A DNA stretch of 64,000 bases, taken from assembly GCF_024223415.1 (NCBI RefSeq), contig NZ_CP100500.1. One strand, written 5' to 3'. Below, one piece after another: positions 38,851-50,298 of this stretch. The first letter of the stretch is position 1. Every line of letters starts with the position of its first letter. This stretch comes from Escherichia coli. Lineage in GTDB: Bacteria > Pseudomonadota > Gammaproteobacteria > Enterobacterales > Enterobacteriaceae. Made by a program: the position numbers and the translations under genes. The notes under the pieces are model-generated. The model searched no databases. It worked only from the letters and a program-made list of their open reading frames with translations, and had not been told where the DNA came from.

Positions 38851-38930
38851 TCCCGAAAAATTTTCATAAATAGTGAAAACGCGCGGGTTCGACGCCCCGT
38901 AACGGGCCATAATTCCAGAAGGACCCGACG
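38845..38930 (-). other. Lambda-like cos sequence, copy 2, inverted relative to copy 1
   Basis: Reverse complement reads cgggtccttctgg...gttacg GGGCGTCGAACC cgcgcgttttcactatttatgaaaatttttcggg; long imperfect inverted repeat of 38115-38200. Confidence 0.65.
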
Positions 38931-38960
38931 ACACCAGACTATCAGAGCGATGGGGGCACA

Positions 38961-39242
38961 ATGACAGAAGCCGAACTACTGGGATTAATCCGCCGCGTTA
39001 CCGGAATCAGCCAGCAGCATGACGAACAGGCCACGCAGCCGGACAGCGTGACCGCCGAAAATTATGTGCGTGTTGTTGCGGAGGTGATGCGCCGTGACGG
39101 TATTGAGCTTAACGGCGTGGATATGCGCGACATACGGATCCGCGTTCTGGAAATGCTGGCATACCGTCGCCGCGTGCAGACGTACAGGGAAAAAGCAAAA
39201 ATAACGTACCACTGGAAGAAGCCGGAACGACTGCGTACGTAA
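38961..39242 (+). CDS. Hypothetical protein
   Basis: 93-aa ORF downstream of cos copy 2. Confidence 0.4.
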   Translation: MTEAELLGLIRRVTGISQQHDEQATQPDSVTAENYVRVVAEVMRRDGIELNGVDMRDIRIRVLEMLAYRRRVQTYREKAKITYHWKKPERLRT

Positions 39243-39374
39243 TACGTACGGACATCGAGATAACGCAAAATTGCGCTGGCTACATCCCTCACATCTGAGG
39301 ACTGATAACAAGCTGCCTGAAAGACAGTCACAAACTACGAAATTTTCGCAGTTTAATTAATGGTCAGCTTAATC

Positions 39375-39665
39375 GCTAACCCGCTGATATTTTCGGAAAC
39401 ATCAATTTGAGGAAGTCGGCGCGGTAACTCGCTGAACTTAAAGCAAAGCGCAAAATTGCGCTGATTACTGGTTGGAATTGTTCCAGAGTGCAAATTTGCA
39501 CTCTGGCCTAACCCGTTGATTATTTCGAAAACCTGCAATGCAGGAAATCGGGGAAGTAAGCCTAAGCTATTGATTGTTTCGAAAACCACCATTGGGGGAT
39601 GTCGGGAAAGTAAGACTAACCCATTGATTCTTCCACAATCCTCAATGTGAGGAGGCCGGACATCG
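39375..39665. repeat. Four ~54-bp imperfect repeats (three in tandem), each with a variable central CAAT-containing near-palindrome
   Basis: Units at ~39375, 39506, 39560, 39614 share CTAACCC.TTGATT.TTTCGAAAAC and TCGGG.AAGTAAG flanks around a variable centre (e.g. cctgcaatgcagg, cctcaatgtgagg). Confidence 0.7.
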
Positions 39666-39820
39666 TGACAGAGCGTGACAACCAGGTAACTAATCTCGCT
39701 GGTGGGCGTGATGTCGATATGGTGATCCCCATAACGGGTTATCCGTGATCATCCACCAGCTTCATGGCAGATAGCCGGAAAATGATAACGGTTAAGCAAA
39801 ACTGCCAGCAAATTTCCCTT

Positions 39821-39895
39821 TTGTTTGTTATTGTTCGTCGTTGTTCGTAGAGCTTCAACAAAATGTGTGGTCAGTTGTGTGGTCAGTTTTGAGGT
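39821..39895. repeat. Right copy of ~75-bp near-identical direct repeat just inside the island end
   Basis: Same ~60-bp core as 28644-28718. Confidence 0.85.
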
Positions 39896-39953
39896 TTTTA
39901 ATTCTTATGTGCTGAAAAACTTATTAATTATCAACTGATAACAAAAATTAGTA

Positions 39954-39967
39954 AGAAATACCCGTAT
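39954..39967. repeat. attR core: 14-bp direct repeat AGAAATACCCGTAT
   Basis: Identical to 28544-28557; continues directly into riboswitch 3' sequence. Confidence 0.75.
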
Positions 39968-40048
39968 CACCTGATCTGGATAATGCCAGCGTAGGGAAGT
40001 CACGGACCACCAGGTCATTGCTTCTTCACGTTATGGCAGGAGCAAACT
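39954..40048 (+). ncRNA. 3' part of thiM TPP riboswitch (P4/P5 plus expression platform) retained upstream of thiM
   Basis: gaaatacccgtatcacctgatctggataatgccagcgtagggaagtcacggaccaccaggtcattgcttcttcacgttatggcaggagcaaact ATG matches the thiM leader 3' half. Confidence 0.75.
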
Positions 40049-40837
40049 ATGCAAGTCGACCTGCTGGGTTCAGCGCAATCTGCGCACGCGTTACACCTTT
40101 TTCACCAACATTCCCCTCTTGTGCACTGCATGACCAATGATGTGGTGCAAACCTTTACCGCCAATACCTTGCTGGCGCTCGGTGCATCGCCAGCGATGGT
40201 TATCGAAACCGAAGAGGCCAGTCAGTTTGCGGCTATCGCCAGTGCCTTGTTGATTAACGTTGGCACACTGACGCAGCCACGCGCTCAGGCGATGCGTGCT
40301 GCCGTTGAGCAAGCAAAAAGCTCTCAAACACCCTGGACGCTTGATCCAGTAGCGGTGGGTGCGCTCGATTATCGCCGCCATTTTTGTCATGAACTTTTAT
40401 CTTTTAAACCGGCAGCGATACGTGGTAATGCTTCGGAAATCATGGCATTAGCTGGCATTGCTAATGGCGGACGGGGAGTGGATACCACTGACGCCGCAGC
40501 TAACGCGATACCCGCTGCACAAACACTGGCACGGGAAACTGGCGCAATCGTCGTGGTCACTGGCGAGATGGATTATGTTACCGATGGACATCGTATCATT
40601 GGTATTCACGGTGGTGATCCGTTAATGACCAAAGTGGTAGGAACTGGCTGTGCATTATCGGCGGTTGTCGCTGCCTGCTGTGCGTTACCAGGCGATACGC
40701 TGGAAAATGTCGCATCTGCCTGTCACTGGATGAAACAAGCCGGAGAACGCGCAGTCGCCAGAAGCGAGGGGCCAGGCAGTTTTGTTCCACATTTCCTTGA
40801 TGCGCTCTGGCAATTGACGCAGGAGGTGCAGGCATGA
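40049..40837 (+). CDS. thiM: Hydroxyethylthiazole kinase
   Basis: 262-aa ORF, translation recognised as ThiM. Confidence 0.93.
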
Positions 40838-41634
40838 AACGAATTAACGCTCTGACGATTGCCGGTACTGATCCGAGTGGTGGTGCGGGGATTCAGGCCG
40901 ATCTTAAAACCTTCTCGGCACTTGGCGCTTATGGTTGCTCAGTTATTACTGCACTGGTGGCGCAAAATACCCGTGGCGTACAGTCGGTGTATCGCATTGA
41001 GCCTGATTTTGTCGCCGCCCAGCTCGATTCGGTGTTCAGCGATGTGCGAATCGATACCACTAAAATCGGTATGCTGGCGGAAACCGATATTGTTGAAGCG
41101 GTGGCAGAACGGTTGCAACGTTATCAGATCCAAAACGTGGTACTCGACACCGTTATGCTGGCAAAAAGCGGCGACCCGCTGCTTTCACCTTCGGCGGTTG
41201 CTACGCTGCGCAGTCGATTATTGCCACAGGTTTCATTAATAACGCCAAACTTGCCCGAAGCTGCCGCCTTGCTCGACGCGCCACACGCGCGCACCGAACA
41301 GGAAATGCTGGAACAAGGGCGATCGCTGTTGGCGATGGGCTGTGGCGCAGTGCTAATGAAAGGTGGTCATCTGGATGATGAGCAAAGCCCGGACTGGCTG
41401 TTTACCCGCGAGGGTGAACAACGGTTTACCGCACCGCGCATTATGACCAAAAACACCCACGGCACTGGTTGTACACTCTCTGCGGCGTTGGCTGCACTAC
41501 GCCCGCGCCATACAAACTGGGCTGACACCGTACAGGAGGCAAAAAGCTGGCTTTCATCGGCGTTAGCCCAGGCCGACACGCTGGAAGTTGGTCACGGTAT
41601 TGGTCCGGTTCACCACTTCCACGCCTGGTGGTGA
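40834..41634 (+). CDS. thiD: Hydroxymethylpyrimidine/phosphomethylpyrimidine kinase
   Basis: 266-aa ORF overlapping thiM stop; PfkB-like kinase motifs. Confidence 0.93.
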
Positions 41635-41698
41635 GCACCGTACTATAGCTGCTTTGGTTATTGTCAGCCTTTGGCACTGACATTCAGGGATGAAACCA

Positions 41699-42517
41699 AT
41701 GCAGCTAAGAATTACCAGTCGAAAAAAACTCACCTCTCTATTATGCGCTCTTGGGCTAATTTCCATCGTTGCAATTTATCCGCGTCAGACGGTGAATTTT
41801 TTCTATTCGACAGCAGTTCAGATTACAGACTACATCCACTTCTACGGTTATCGCCCGGTTAAATCTTTCGCTATTCGCATTCCTGCCAGTTACACCATTC
41901 ACGGAATAGATGTTTCGCGCTGGCAGGAGCGGATCGACTGGCAGCGGGTGGCAAAAATGCGCGACAACGGTATCCGCTTACAGTTTGCTTTTATTAAGGC
42001 GACGGAAGGCGAAAAGCTGGTGGACCCCTATTTTTCGCGTAACTGGCAACTAAGCCGCGAAAATGGCCTGCTGCGTGGGGCGTATCATTATTTCTCCCCG
42101 TCGGTATCCGCTTCAGTTCAGGCGAGATTATTTCTGCAAACGGTGGATTTCTCACAAGGCGATTTCCCTGCCGTGCTGGACGTAGAAGAACGGGGAAAAT
42201 TATCGGCAAAAGAATTACGCAAGCGGGTAAGTCAGTGGCTAAAAATGGTCGAAAAAAGTACGGGGAAAAAGCCGATTATTTACTCAGGAGCCGTTTTTTA
42301 TCACACCAATCTGGCGGGCTATTTCAATGAATATCCGTGGTGGGTGGCTCACTACTATCAACGTCGTCCGGACAATGACGGAATGGCCTGGCGCTTCTGG
42401 CAGCATTCCGACCGTGGACAGGTAGATGGCATCAATGGTCCGGTGGATTTTAATGTATTTAATGGCACGGTGGAGGAGTTGCAGGCATTCGTTGATGGGA
42501 TTAAAGAAACGCCTTAA
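41699..42517 (+). CDS. yegX: Glycoside hydrolase family 25 (lysozyme-like) protein YegX
   Basis: N-terminal membrane anchor and GH25-like region; start may be at 41690. Confidence 0.8.
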   Translation: MQLRITSRKKLTSLLCALGLISIVAIYPRQTVNFFYSTAVQITDYIHFYGYRPVKSFAIRIPASYTIHGIDVSRWQERIDWQRVAKMRDNGIRLQFAFIKATEGEKLVDPYFSRNWQLSRENGLLRGAYHYFSPSVSASVQARLFLQTVDFSQGDFPAVLDVEERGKLSAKELRKRVSQWLKMVEKSTGKKPIIYSGAVFYHTNLAGYFNEYPWWVAHYYQRRPDNDGMAWRFWQHSDRGQVDGINGPVDFNVFNGTVEELQAFVDGIKETP

Positions 42518-42568
42518 ATAAGAAGCAGTGATATACTCCCACCAGACTCCCCGGCAGGAAAAAGACAA

Positions 42569-43315
42569 ATGGAACAAGCGCATACCCAGCTGATTGCCCA
42601 ACTGAACGAGCGTATTTTAGCGGCGGATAACACGCCGCTTTATATTAAGTTTGCCGAAACGGTAAAAAATGCCGTGCGCAGCGGGGTGCTGGAGCATGGC
42701 AATATTTTGCCCGGTGAGCGTGATTTAAGTCAGTTAACCGGCGTTTCGCGCATTACGGTGCGCAAGGCGATGCAGGCGCTGGAAGAAGAGGGTGTGGTGA
42801 CGCGTTCGCGCGGTTACGGCACGCAGATCAACAACATCTTCGAATACTCGTTGAAAGAAGCGCGAGGTTTTTCTCAGCAGGTGGTATTGCGCGGGAAAAA
42901 GCCCGATACGCTATGGGTTAACAAGCGTGTCGTGAAATGTCCCGAAGAAGTCGCGCAGCAGCTGGCGGTCGAAGCAGGAAGTGATGTCTTTTTGCTTAAG
43001 CGTATTCGCTATGTCGATGAAGAAGCGGTATCGATTGAGGAATCGTGGGTTCCGGCGCATTTAATTCATGATGTTGATGCCATCGGGATTTCACTTTATG
43101 ACTATTTCCGCAGCCAGCACATTTACCCACAACGTACGCGTTCCCGCGTTAGCGCCCGGATGCCAGATGCCGAGTTTCAGTCACATATTCAGTTAGATAG
43201 CAAAATACCGGTGCTGGTGATCAAGCAAGTGGCGCTTGACCAACAGCAACGGCCTATTGAATACAGCATTAGCCACTGTCGCAGCGATCTATACGTTTTT
43301 GTGTGCGAGGAGTAG
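42569..43315 (+). CDS. yegW: GntR/HutC-family transcriptional regulator YegW
   Basis: N-terminal GntR wHTH (LPGERDLSQLTGVSRITVRKAMQALE) and UTRA-like C-terminus. Confidence 0.85.
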   Translation: MEQAHTQLIAQLNERILAADNTPLYIKFAETVKNAVRSGVLEHGNILPGERDLSQLTGVSRITVRKAMQALEEEGVVTRSRGYGTQINNIFEYSLKEARGFSQQVVLRGKKPDTLWVNKRVVKCPEEVAQQLAVEAGSDVFLLKRIRYVDEEAVSIEESWVPAHLIHDVDAIGISLYDYFRSQHIYPQRTRSRVSARMPDAEFQSHIQLDSKIPVLVIKQVALDQQQRPIEYSISHCRSDLYVFVCEE

Positions 43316-44254
43316 TTCCTCGCGCGTTGGCGCACAATCACCGCCCCGATGCCCGACAACCCACGACGCCACTGCATTGCCCAGTAATACGGCATCCGCC
43401 AGTGGCAGACCAGAGGCCAGCCCGGCAAGTACGCCACCGGCATGACTGTCGCCCGCCCCAATGGTGTCGACAACTTGCGTTGGAAATGCCGGAATGCAGC
43501 CAGAAGCGTCGTTGCTGAAATACCATGCGCCTTCTTTATCGAGACGAACGATCAACGGCGCGGCAAATTTCTCCTGCCATTGTTTGCCAAGTGTTGTTAT
43601 CTCTGCGGATAAAGCAAAACGTTCGGCGGCAATCTCAGCCTCTTGACGATTGAGCGACACTAAAGGTCGACAGGCCATGATCCGCGCCAGTAATGCATCC
43701 GGGATATCGCCAATACGTGGGCCAAAATCGATAAACGGCGTCACGTCTTGCAGCTTTTCCAGCCATTCCACTAATAATTCGCCGCAGGGCGAGGCCAGTT
43801 GATAACCGGAAAAATAGAGCAGGCTGCCAGGCGCAACGGTTAATCGCGCCAGACACTGGCGATTCCACTGATTTTCCACACCGCTGAATGACATAAAAGT
43901 GCGTTCGCCATCCGGCTCAACCAGCGCCAGACACCAGCCGTTATCACCTTCGGCGTTATCGATCAGGCTGATTAAGCCCTCTTTTGCCATCCGGTTGCGA
44001 ATAATCTCCGCCCACACGCCCTGACCGAGCGGCAAGGCATTACCCGCTTCGATGCCGAGGCGCTTTAACGCCACGGCAATATTCAGTGCGCAGCCGCCAA
44101 CGTTAACGCTCTGCTGTTTCAGTTCGATATCGCACCCACGCCAGGGGAGGGCATAAGCGTCGGCGATCACGTCAATGACCGCCGCGCCGACGACCATCAC
44201 CGACTGACGCGTGGTTAATTCAGGCAGCAGCGTGTGTAATCGAGCGCCGCTCAT
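43289..44254 (-). CDS. yegV: PfkB-family sugar/nucleoside kinase YegV
   Basis: Ribokinase-like motifs (GAGD) in translation; 3' end overlaps convergent yegW by ~27 bp. Confidence 0.85.
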   Translation of the reverse strand: MSGARLHTLLPELTTRQSVMVVGAAVIDVIADAYALPWRGCDIELKQQSVNVGGCALNIAVALKRLGIEAGNALPLGQGVWAEIIRNRMAKEGLISLIDNAEGDNGWCLALVEPDGERTFMSFSGVENQWNRQCLARLTVAPGSLLYFSGYQLASPCGELLVEWLEKLQDVTPFIDFGPRIGDIPDALLARIMACRPLVSLNRQEAEIAAERFALSAEITTLGKQWQEKFAAPLIVRLDKEGAWYFSNDASGCIPAFPTQVVDTIGAGDSHAGGVLAGLASGLPLADAVLLGNAVASWVVGHRGGDCAPTREELLLAHKNV

Positions 44255-45255
44255 ACCGCCTCCCGTTGTTGACGATATTTCGCCAGCGCTGTGGCATAGC
44301 GGTTGAAATCAAGCTGATTTACCGCATCCAGCTCCGCCTTTAACGCAGGATCGATAGCGTTAATGCCATGCAACGCGCCGCAGATTGCCGTCGCCATAGC
44401 ACCGATGGTGTCTGTATCGCCGCCAAGGTTAGCGCACAGTACGGCGCAACGGTTCGGGTCGGTTTGTGCCAGTTCAACCAGCGCAATGGCGCACGGAACG
44501 GACTCAATAGTGCTGGTACCTGCGCCAACGACCTGGTAAAGCTGTTCGCTGGCGGATTCGGTGCCGTCGGCATTGCGCACAATTTTCAGCGCAATCTCCA
44601 ACCGCGCTGCCAGTGAGGCGCTGAACGTAGTGATGCGTTTTTGCTGTGCATGTCGCGCAATTGAAGGCAGGGAATCAACAATCGCTGACCAGCTTTCTCC
44701 GTCAATGGCACGAGAAATCGCCCATGCGATGACTACCGCGCCTGCAACCGCCAGATCGGATTTATGGGTCGGGCTGGACGCCAGCGCTACATCATCAATA
44801 AAGGAATCAACATCACGCGCCGGAAGCAAACAACCTAATGGCGAGACGCGCATCGCTGCGCCGTTGGTCACGCCGTTGTTTTCCAGTTCAGCAACGGGTT
44901 TACCGTCGCGAATGGCGTTAAGCGCAATCTTCGAGGTCGGACCTAGTACGTTTTTGTTAAAGGCGTCGAAACGCAGCGCCCAGTCGAGAATATTACGCCC
45001 AATCAGATCCGGATCGATCTTGCCTTCACGTTCCAGTAACGCATCCGCCAGACACAGCGCCATCGAGGTATCGTCGGTGAATTCGGCGCGGTTAAAATAA
45101 CAGGCCGCGTTATTCTCCTTTGGTCCAGGAAGAAAACGGTCAATCCAGCCAAAGTGTGCTTTAACGCGGCTGCGTGGCCAAAGCTCGGAGGGCATCCCCA
45201 TCGCATCCCCTAACGCCTGCCCATAAAGAGCACCGAGAATACGTTCTGTTTTCAT
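44251..45255 (-). CDS. yegU: ADP-ribosylglycohydrolase family protein YegU
   Basis: 334-aa ORF with ADP-ribosylglycohydrolase-like sequence, overlapping yegV start. Confidence 0.85.
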   Translation of the reverse strand: MKTERILGALYGQALGDAMGMPSELWPRSRVKAHFGWIDRFLPGPKENNAACYFNRAEFTDDTSMALCLADALLEREGKIDPDLIGRNILDWALRFDAFNKNVLGPTSKIALNAIRDGKPVAELENNGVTNGAAMRVSPLGCLLPARDVDSFIDDVALASSPTHKSDLAVAGAVVIAWAISRAIDGESWSAIVDSLPSIARHAQQKRITTFSASLAARLEIALKIVRNADGTESASEQLYQVVGAGTSTIESVPCAIALVELAQTDPNRCAVLCANLGGDTDTIGAMATAICGALHGINAIDPALKAELDAVNQLDFNRYATALAKYRQQREAV

Positions 45256-46529
45256 TTAACTTCCCCTTGTGTCAACGCAATATCGCGATCATCGACCTTG
45301 ATAGCCGTAATTTCGTTGTCGGATTCGCGGAAAAAAATCATGAACAGCACGGCGATAATGGCAATCATCACCGCGCCGAAAGTCCACATCCCGGACCAGT
45401 TGAAAGTCAGTCCGTTTACCGGTTCCTGATAAGCGAACATCTTTTCCATCATCACACCGCCAAGACGATAGCCGAGCAAACTGCCGAAGCCCTGGCAGCA
45501 GAGCGTGATCAGCCCCTGCGCAGCGGTACGCATATGCACGGGGGCTTTTTTATCGACATAGATGTAAGCGGTAACGTAGTAAAAATCGTAACTTACGCCG
45601 TGAAGCAAAATACCGAGGAACAGTAACGCGTAGGTGAAATATTCATCCGCACTACCGTAAATAAAGAAGCCATAGCGGATCGCAGCGGTGACCAGACCAA
45701 GCAATAATACCTTTTTGATACCAAAGCGTTTAGTGAAAAACGGCAATGCCAGCATAAAGAAGATTTCAGAGAACTGGCCGAGCGTCATCCAGCCGGTGGC
45801 GTTTTTCATGCCAACTTCGGTCAGATAACCGTTGGCAAAGATGTAATAGAACGCTAGTGGCATCGCAAACAGGAATGAACAGAAGAAAAAGACGAGGAAG
45901 TTTTTATCGCGCAGCAGGATCAGCGCATCCAGGCCGAGCATGACTTTAATATCCATTTTGCCGGTGCTTTTTGGTGGCGTGTCGGGCAGGAAAAACGCAA
46001 ACACACCGAGCAGAGCAGAACTTCCGGCGGTAATCAGCAGCGGGATGTTAGTCGGTGAGATATCGGCATACCCCAGTATTTGCGGCAAGAAACCACATGC
46101 CAGACCGGAGGCAATCCAGCCGATAGTGCCCATCACACGAATGCGCGGGAAATCACGCTCAACATCCGGCACGTTGGCAAAAGCGATGCTGTTAGTCAGC
46201 GCAATGGTCGGCATATAGGTTAGCGAGTAGGCCAGCAGTAACGGGAAGAACCCGGCAAAAGTGGTCTGTTGCGCAGCGAAATACATCAGCAGCGCGCCTG
46301 CGAACATCAATACCGCCAGCACTTTCTGCGCCGAGAAAAAGCGGTCAGTGATGGAGCCAACCAGAATTGGCGACAGGATCGCCGCAATGGCGGTACAGGC
46401 ATACGACCAGCCAATTTCTCCGGCACTAAAACCGCTTTTACTTAACCACAACCACAATGGCACAAACCACGCGCCCCAGATAAACCATTCAACAAACATC
46501 ATGAACGACAGCTTTGCTGTTGTTTTCAT
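45252..46529 (-). CDS. yegT: MFS nucleoside transporter-like protein YegT
   Basis: 425-aa polytopic membrane protein, overlapping yegU start. Confidence 0.85.
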   Translation of the reverse strand: MKTTAKLSFMMFVEWFIWGAWFVPLWLWLSKSGFSAGEIGWSYACTAIAAILSPILVGSITDRFFSAQKVLAVLMFAGALLMYFAAQQTTFAGFFPLLLAYSLTYMPTIALTNSIAFANVPDVERDFPRIRVMGTIGWIASGLACGFLPQILGYADISPTNIPLLITAGSSALLGVFAFFLPDTPPKSTGKMDIKVMLGLDALILLRDKNFLVFFFCSFLFAMPLAFYYIFANGYLTEVGMKNATGWMTLGQFSEIFFMLALPFFTKRFGIKKVLLLGLVTAAIRYGFFIYGSADEYFTYALLFLGILLHGVSYDFYYVTAYIYVDKKAPVHMRTAAQGLITLCCQGFGSLLGYRLGGVMMEKMFAYQEPVNGLTFNWSGMWTFGAVMIAIIAVLFMIFFRESDNEITAIKVDDRDIALTQGEVK

Positions 46530-46785
46530 CTTTTAATTCCTTCATGACAGGTAATGTAAGGTACGCGATGACAATACCACTTAATAATACCTTTTAAATA
46601 CCTTTGCGGTGAAAACTTGACCGCGCTAACATTTTTTCTGATGAATCGAGCCAACAGAAAACGCTGAAAAAACATCCAAAAGATGGAAAAACTCGCCCGT
46701 AACGACCAGGATTATGATTGCCCGCAAAAGGCGGGCCAGGAAAATCCATAGCCGATATCCAATCGGAATTTACGGGAGCATAGTA

Positions 46786-47838
46786 ATGACAGATATTGCG
46801 CAGTTGCTTGGCAAAGACGCCGACAACCTTTTACAGCACCGTTGTATGACTATTCCTTCTGACCAGCTTTATCTCCCCGGACATGACTACGTAGACCGCG
46901 TGATGATTGACAATAATCGCCCGCCTGCGGTGTTACGTAATATGCAGACGTTGTACAACACCGGGCGTCTGGCTGGCACAGGATATCTTTCTATTCTGCC
47001 GGTTGACCAGGGGGTTGAGCACTCTGCCGGAGCTTCATTTGCTGCTAACCCGCTCTACTTTGACCCGAAAAACATTGTTGAACTGGCGATCGAAGCGGGC
47101 TGTAACTGTGTGGCGTCAACTTACGGCGTGCTGGCGTCGGTATCGCGGCGTTATGCGCATCGCATTCCATTCCTCGTCAAACTTAATCACAACGAGACGC
47201 TAAGTTACCCAAACACCTACGATCAAACGCTGTATGCCAGCGTGGAGCAGGCGTTCAACATGGGCGCGGTGGCGGTTGGTGCGACTATCTATTTTGGCTC
47301 GGAAGAGTCACGTCGCCAGATTGAAGAAATTTCTGCGGCTTTTGAACGTGCGCACGAGCTGGGCATGGTGACAGTGCTGTGGGCCTATTTGCGTAACTCC
47401 GCCTTTAAGAAAGATGGCGTTGATTACCATGTCTCCGCCGACCTGACTGGTCAGGCGAACCATCTGGCGGCAACCATAGGTGCAGATATCGTCAAACAAA
47501 AAATGGCGGAAAATAACGGCGGCTATAAAGCGATTAATTACGGTTATACCGACGATCGCGTGTACAGCAAGTTAACCAGCGAAAACCCGATTGATCTGGT
47601 GCGTTATCAGTTAGCTAACTGCTATATGGGCCGGGCTGGGTTGATAAACTCCGGCGGTGCTGCGGGCGGTGAAACTGACCTCAGTGATGCAGTGCGTACT
47701 GCGGTTATCAACAAACGCGCTGGCGGAATGGGGCTGATTCTTGGACGTAAAGCGTTCAAGAAATCGATGGCTGACGGCGTGAAACTGATTAACGCCGTGC
47801 AGGACGTTTATCTCGATAGCAAAATTACTATCGCCTGA
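46786..47838 (+). CDS. fbaB: Fructose-bisphosphate aldolase class I
   Basis: 350-aa protein beginning [20 protein letters not shown]; internal start chosen. Confidence 0.9.
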
Positions 47839-47839
47839 T

Positions 47840-47975
47840 ACGCCTTATACGGACAACACCACCCCGTAGGACGGATAAGGCGTTTACGCTGCATCCGGCA
47901 ACCTATGCCTGATGCGACGCTGAAGCGTCTTATCATGCCTACATAGCACTGCCACGTATGTTTACACCGCATCCG
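47840..47975. repeat. REP/BIME-type palindromic elements
   Basis: gccggatgcagcgtaaacgcc-type units and tgtttacaccgcatccggca seen after fbaB. Confidence 0.5.
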
Positions 47976-48089
47976 GCATAAAAACACGCGCACTTTGCTA
48001 CGGCTTCCCCCGGGAGGCCGTTTTTTTTGCCTGTCATTCTGGATTAATTTTCACATTGTCGTTTTTGTGATCGTTATCTCGACATTTAA

Positions 48090-50289
<2,200 letters not shown>

Positions 50290-50298
50290 GGACGGTAT

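Larger units (their letters stand above)
28544..39967 (+). mobile_element. Integrated ~11.4 kb phage-satellite/PICI-like island with integrase, AlpA, primase, SSB, capsid, decoration, terS-like genes and cos sites
   Basis: Bounded by 14-bp direct repeats that interrupt the thiM riboswitch; integrase adjacent to attL; phage-like gene content without portal, TerL or tail genes. Confidence 0.85.

Noticed and set aside
38115-38930. Invertible DNA switch (inverted repeats flanking terS)
   Set aside because: The inverted repeats are recognisable cos-like sequences rather than recombinase crossover sites, and no invertase gene is nearby; cos duplication is the simpler reading, though inversion was not formally excluded.
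39353-39592. 79-aa minus-strand ORF over the 54-bp repeat array
   Set aside because: Reading frame is a by-product of the repeats; no RBS and a repetitive translation.
39506-39665. Possible CRISPR array (tandem repeats)
   Set aside because: Repeat period ~54 bp with conserved sequence on both sides of a short variable centre, only three to four units, no cas genes; not CRISPR architecture.
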